From Octopus sinensis (Eukaryota): a stretch of DNA of 64,000 nt. Numbering within the stretch: position 1 is the stretch's first letter; every line of letters starts with the position of its first letter. Where the stretch lies: the NCBI RefSeq assembly GCF_006345805.1, contig NC_043009.1, positions 55,180,001 through 55,244,000 on the forward strand, written 5' to 3'. Positions 62,873-64,000 of the stretch are shown in pieces. The notes under the pieces were generated by a model. It ran no database searches. It was not told the origin of the DNA and saw only the letters and a program-made list of their open reading frames with translations. The position numbers and the translations under genes are program-made.

Positions 62873-63847
62873 ATATATATATATATAGTTAATATGTACA
62901 TTTCAATCTTGTATTGGTTTGCAAGATTCTTGTTGTGAACTTGTGTGTTGAAACAGATATTGTTATACCTTGGGTGATTGTAATACTGAATTTGTAGTCT
63001 CCAAACATGCCATGGACTACTACATTCAAAGTGTTCTTGAAAGAGAAACTAATTAACATCCTCACAATAGCACAACTTCACAGAAGGCTGCTGTTGTCCA
63101 GGTGATATGTGAAATTAATAAGGATCATTTAGTGCAGGTATGTCAACGATTCCAATCCTCTATTTAAACAATCATAGCAACTAAAGTGGGATGCATAAAG
63201 TAATCTTATATGAGTGGGTGCTGAAAGATCCTGCCTTTAAGGGTATTGTGAAAGGTCTGGTTGGAGGCCCAAACTTCCAAGTTCTTTTACAGGGCTTAGA
63301 AAAACTGAAGGACTGCTGCAATAAGTGTGTGAATCTGTGGAGAGAATATCTTGAATAAAATCACATTTAACTGATTCTCCTGTATTTTCTTTTACCCAAA
63401 GCCAGGAACTTCCCAGCACCCCCTTGTGATAAAGCTTATCAAGAACATGATTTTATTAAAATACATTTGGCTTATTTTTGTTAGAATGGGGTTGTTTTAT
63501 TAAATTACCAAATATCTCTCACATTCTGTATATATGTATGAACAAATGATGGAGACCTCTACATGATTAAAGCAGCAGCAACATCTTTTTAAGAAGCTGC
63601 TAATTTATCAATGTTTTCAAACGAATTAAACAAGTCTATTTTCTTTCTTGCTTACATAGTTAAAGCTTCTAATCTCAAGGGTTGAAAGCTGTCAGGTCTC
63701 CTTGATGTAGCACCATCACAGCCACCCAACATATCACAAACATGTTCAATTCTTGTCTTCTTTTATCCAAGGGTTTTTTTTTAAACCAAAATATTATGAA
63801 CTATTATTTATTGTATCATTTGCTTTTTGGTATGTATAATTTTTTGT

Positions 63848-64000
63848 GAGGTAAGAAGCTTGCTTCCCAGCCACATGGTTCAAGGTTCAGTCCCATTGTG
63901 AGGCACCTTGGGCTAGTGTTTTCTACTATAGCCTTGGGCCAACCAAAGCCTTGTGAGTGAATTTGGTAGATGGAAACTGAAAGAAGCCTGTCATATATAC
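63848..64000 (+). mobile_element. SINE family A 5' part (runs off the window)
   Basis: gtaagaagcttgcttcccagccacatggttcaaggttcagtccc..ggcaccttgggc..ccaaagccttgtgagtg. Confidence 0.85.

Overview
AT-rich, intron-rich eukaryotic genomic DNA dense in repeats. The SINE, RTE, CR1 and Penelope repertoire and the microsatellite density point to an octopus or other coleoid cephalopod (inference from recalled repeat families, not from a search). Two protein-coding genes are supported. (1) The last two coding exons of ZMAT2 (Snu23 homologue) lie on + at 575-720 and 2341-2475. (2) An unnamed HMG-box protein lies on -, with four phase-compatible exons (36835-36348, 25962-24994, 23266-23126, 20290-20205); its large exon carries an apparent 1-nt frameshift and its 3' end is unresolved. 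The rest is mostly transposon-derived: tRNA-headed SINEs, 5'-truncated RTE and CR1 LINEs, a decayed Tx1/L1-like ORF1, five complete non-autonomous Helitrons with shuffled halves, TTAA-flanked piggyBac-like MITEs, a Tigger-like MITE, a 1.2-kb foldback element and several local duplications. The most notable signal is a Penelope-like retroelement whose GIY-YIG ORF is followed by a tRNA-like Pol III head and then a hammerhead-ribozyme core. Such pLTR fragments occur three times as inverted pairs, and complementary CpG decay between copies lets an ancestral, probably dimeric, hammerhead be reconstructed. No CRISPR array, rRNA or bona fide tRNA gene was seen. All coordinates and translations were read by hand; repeat boundaries are approximate.
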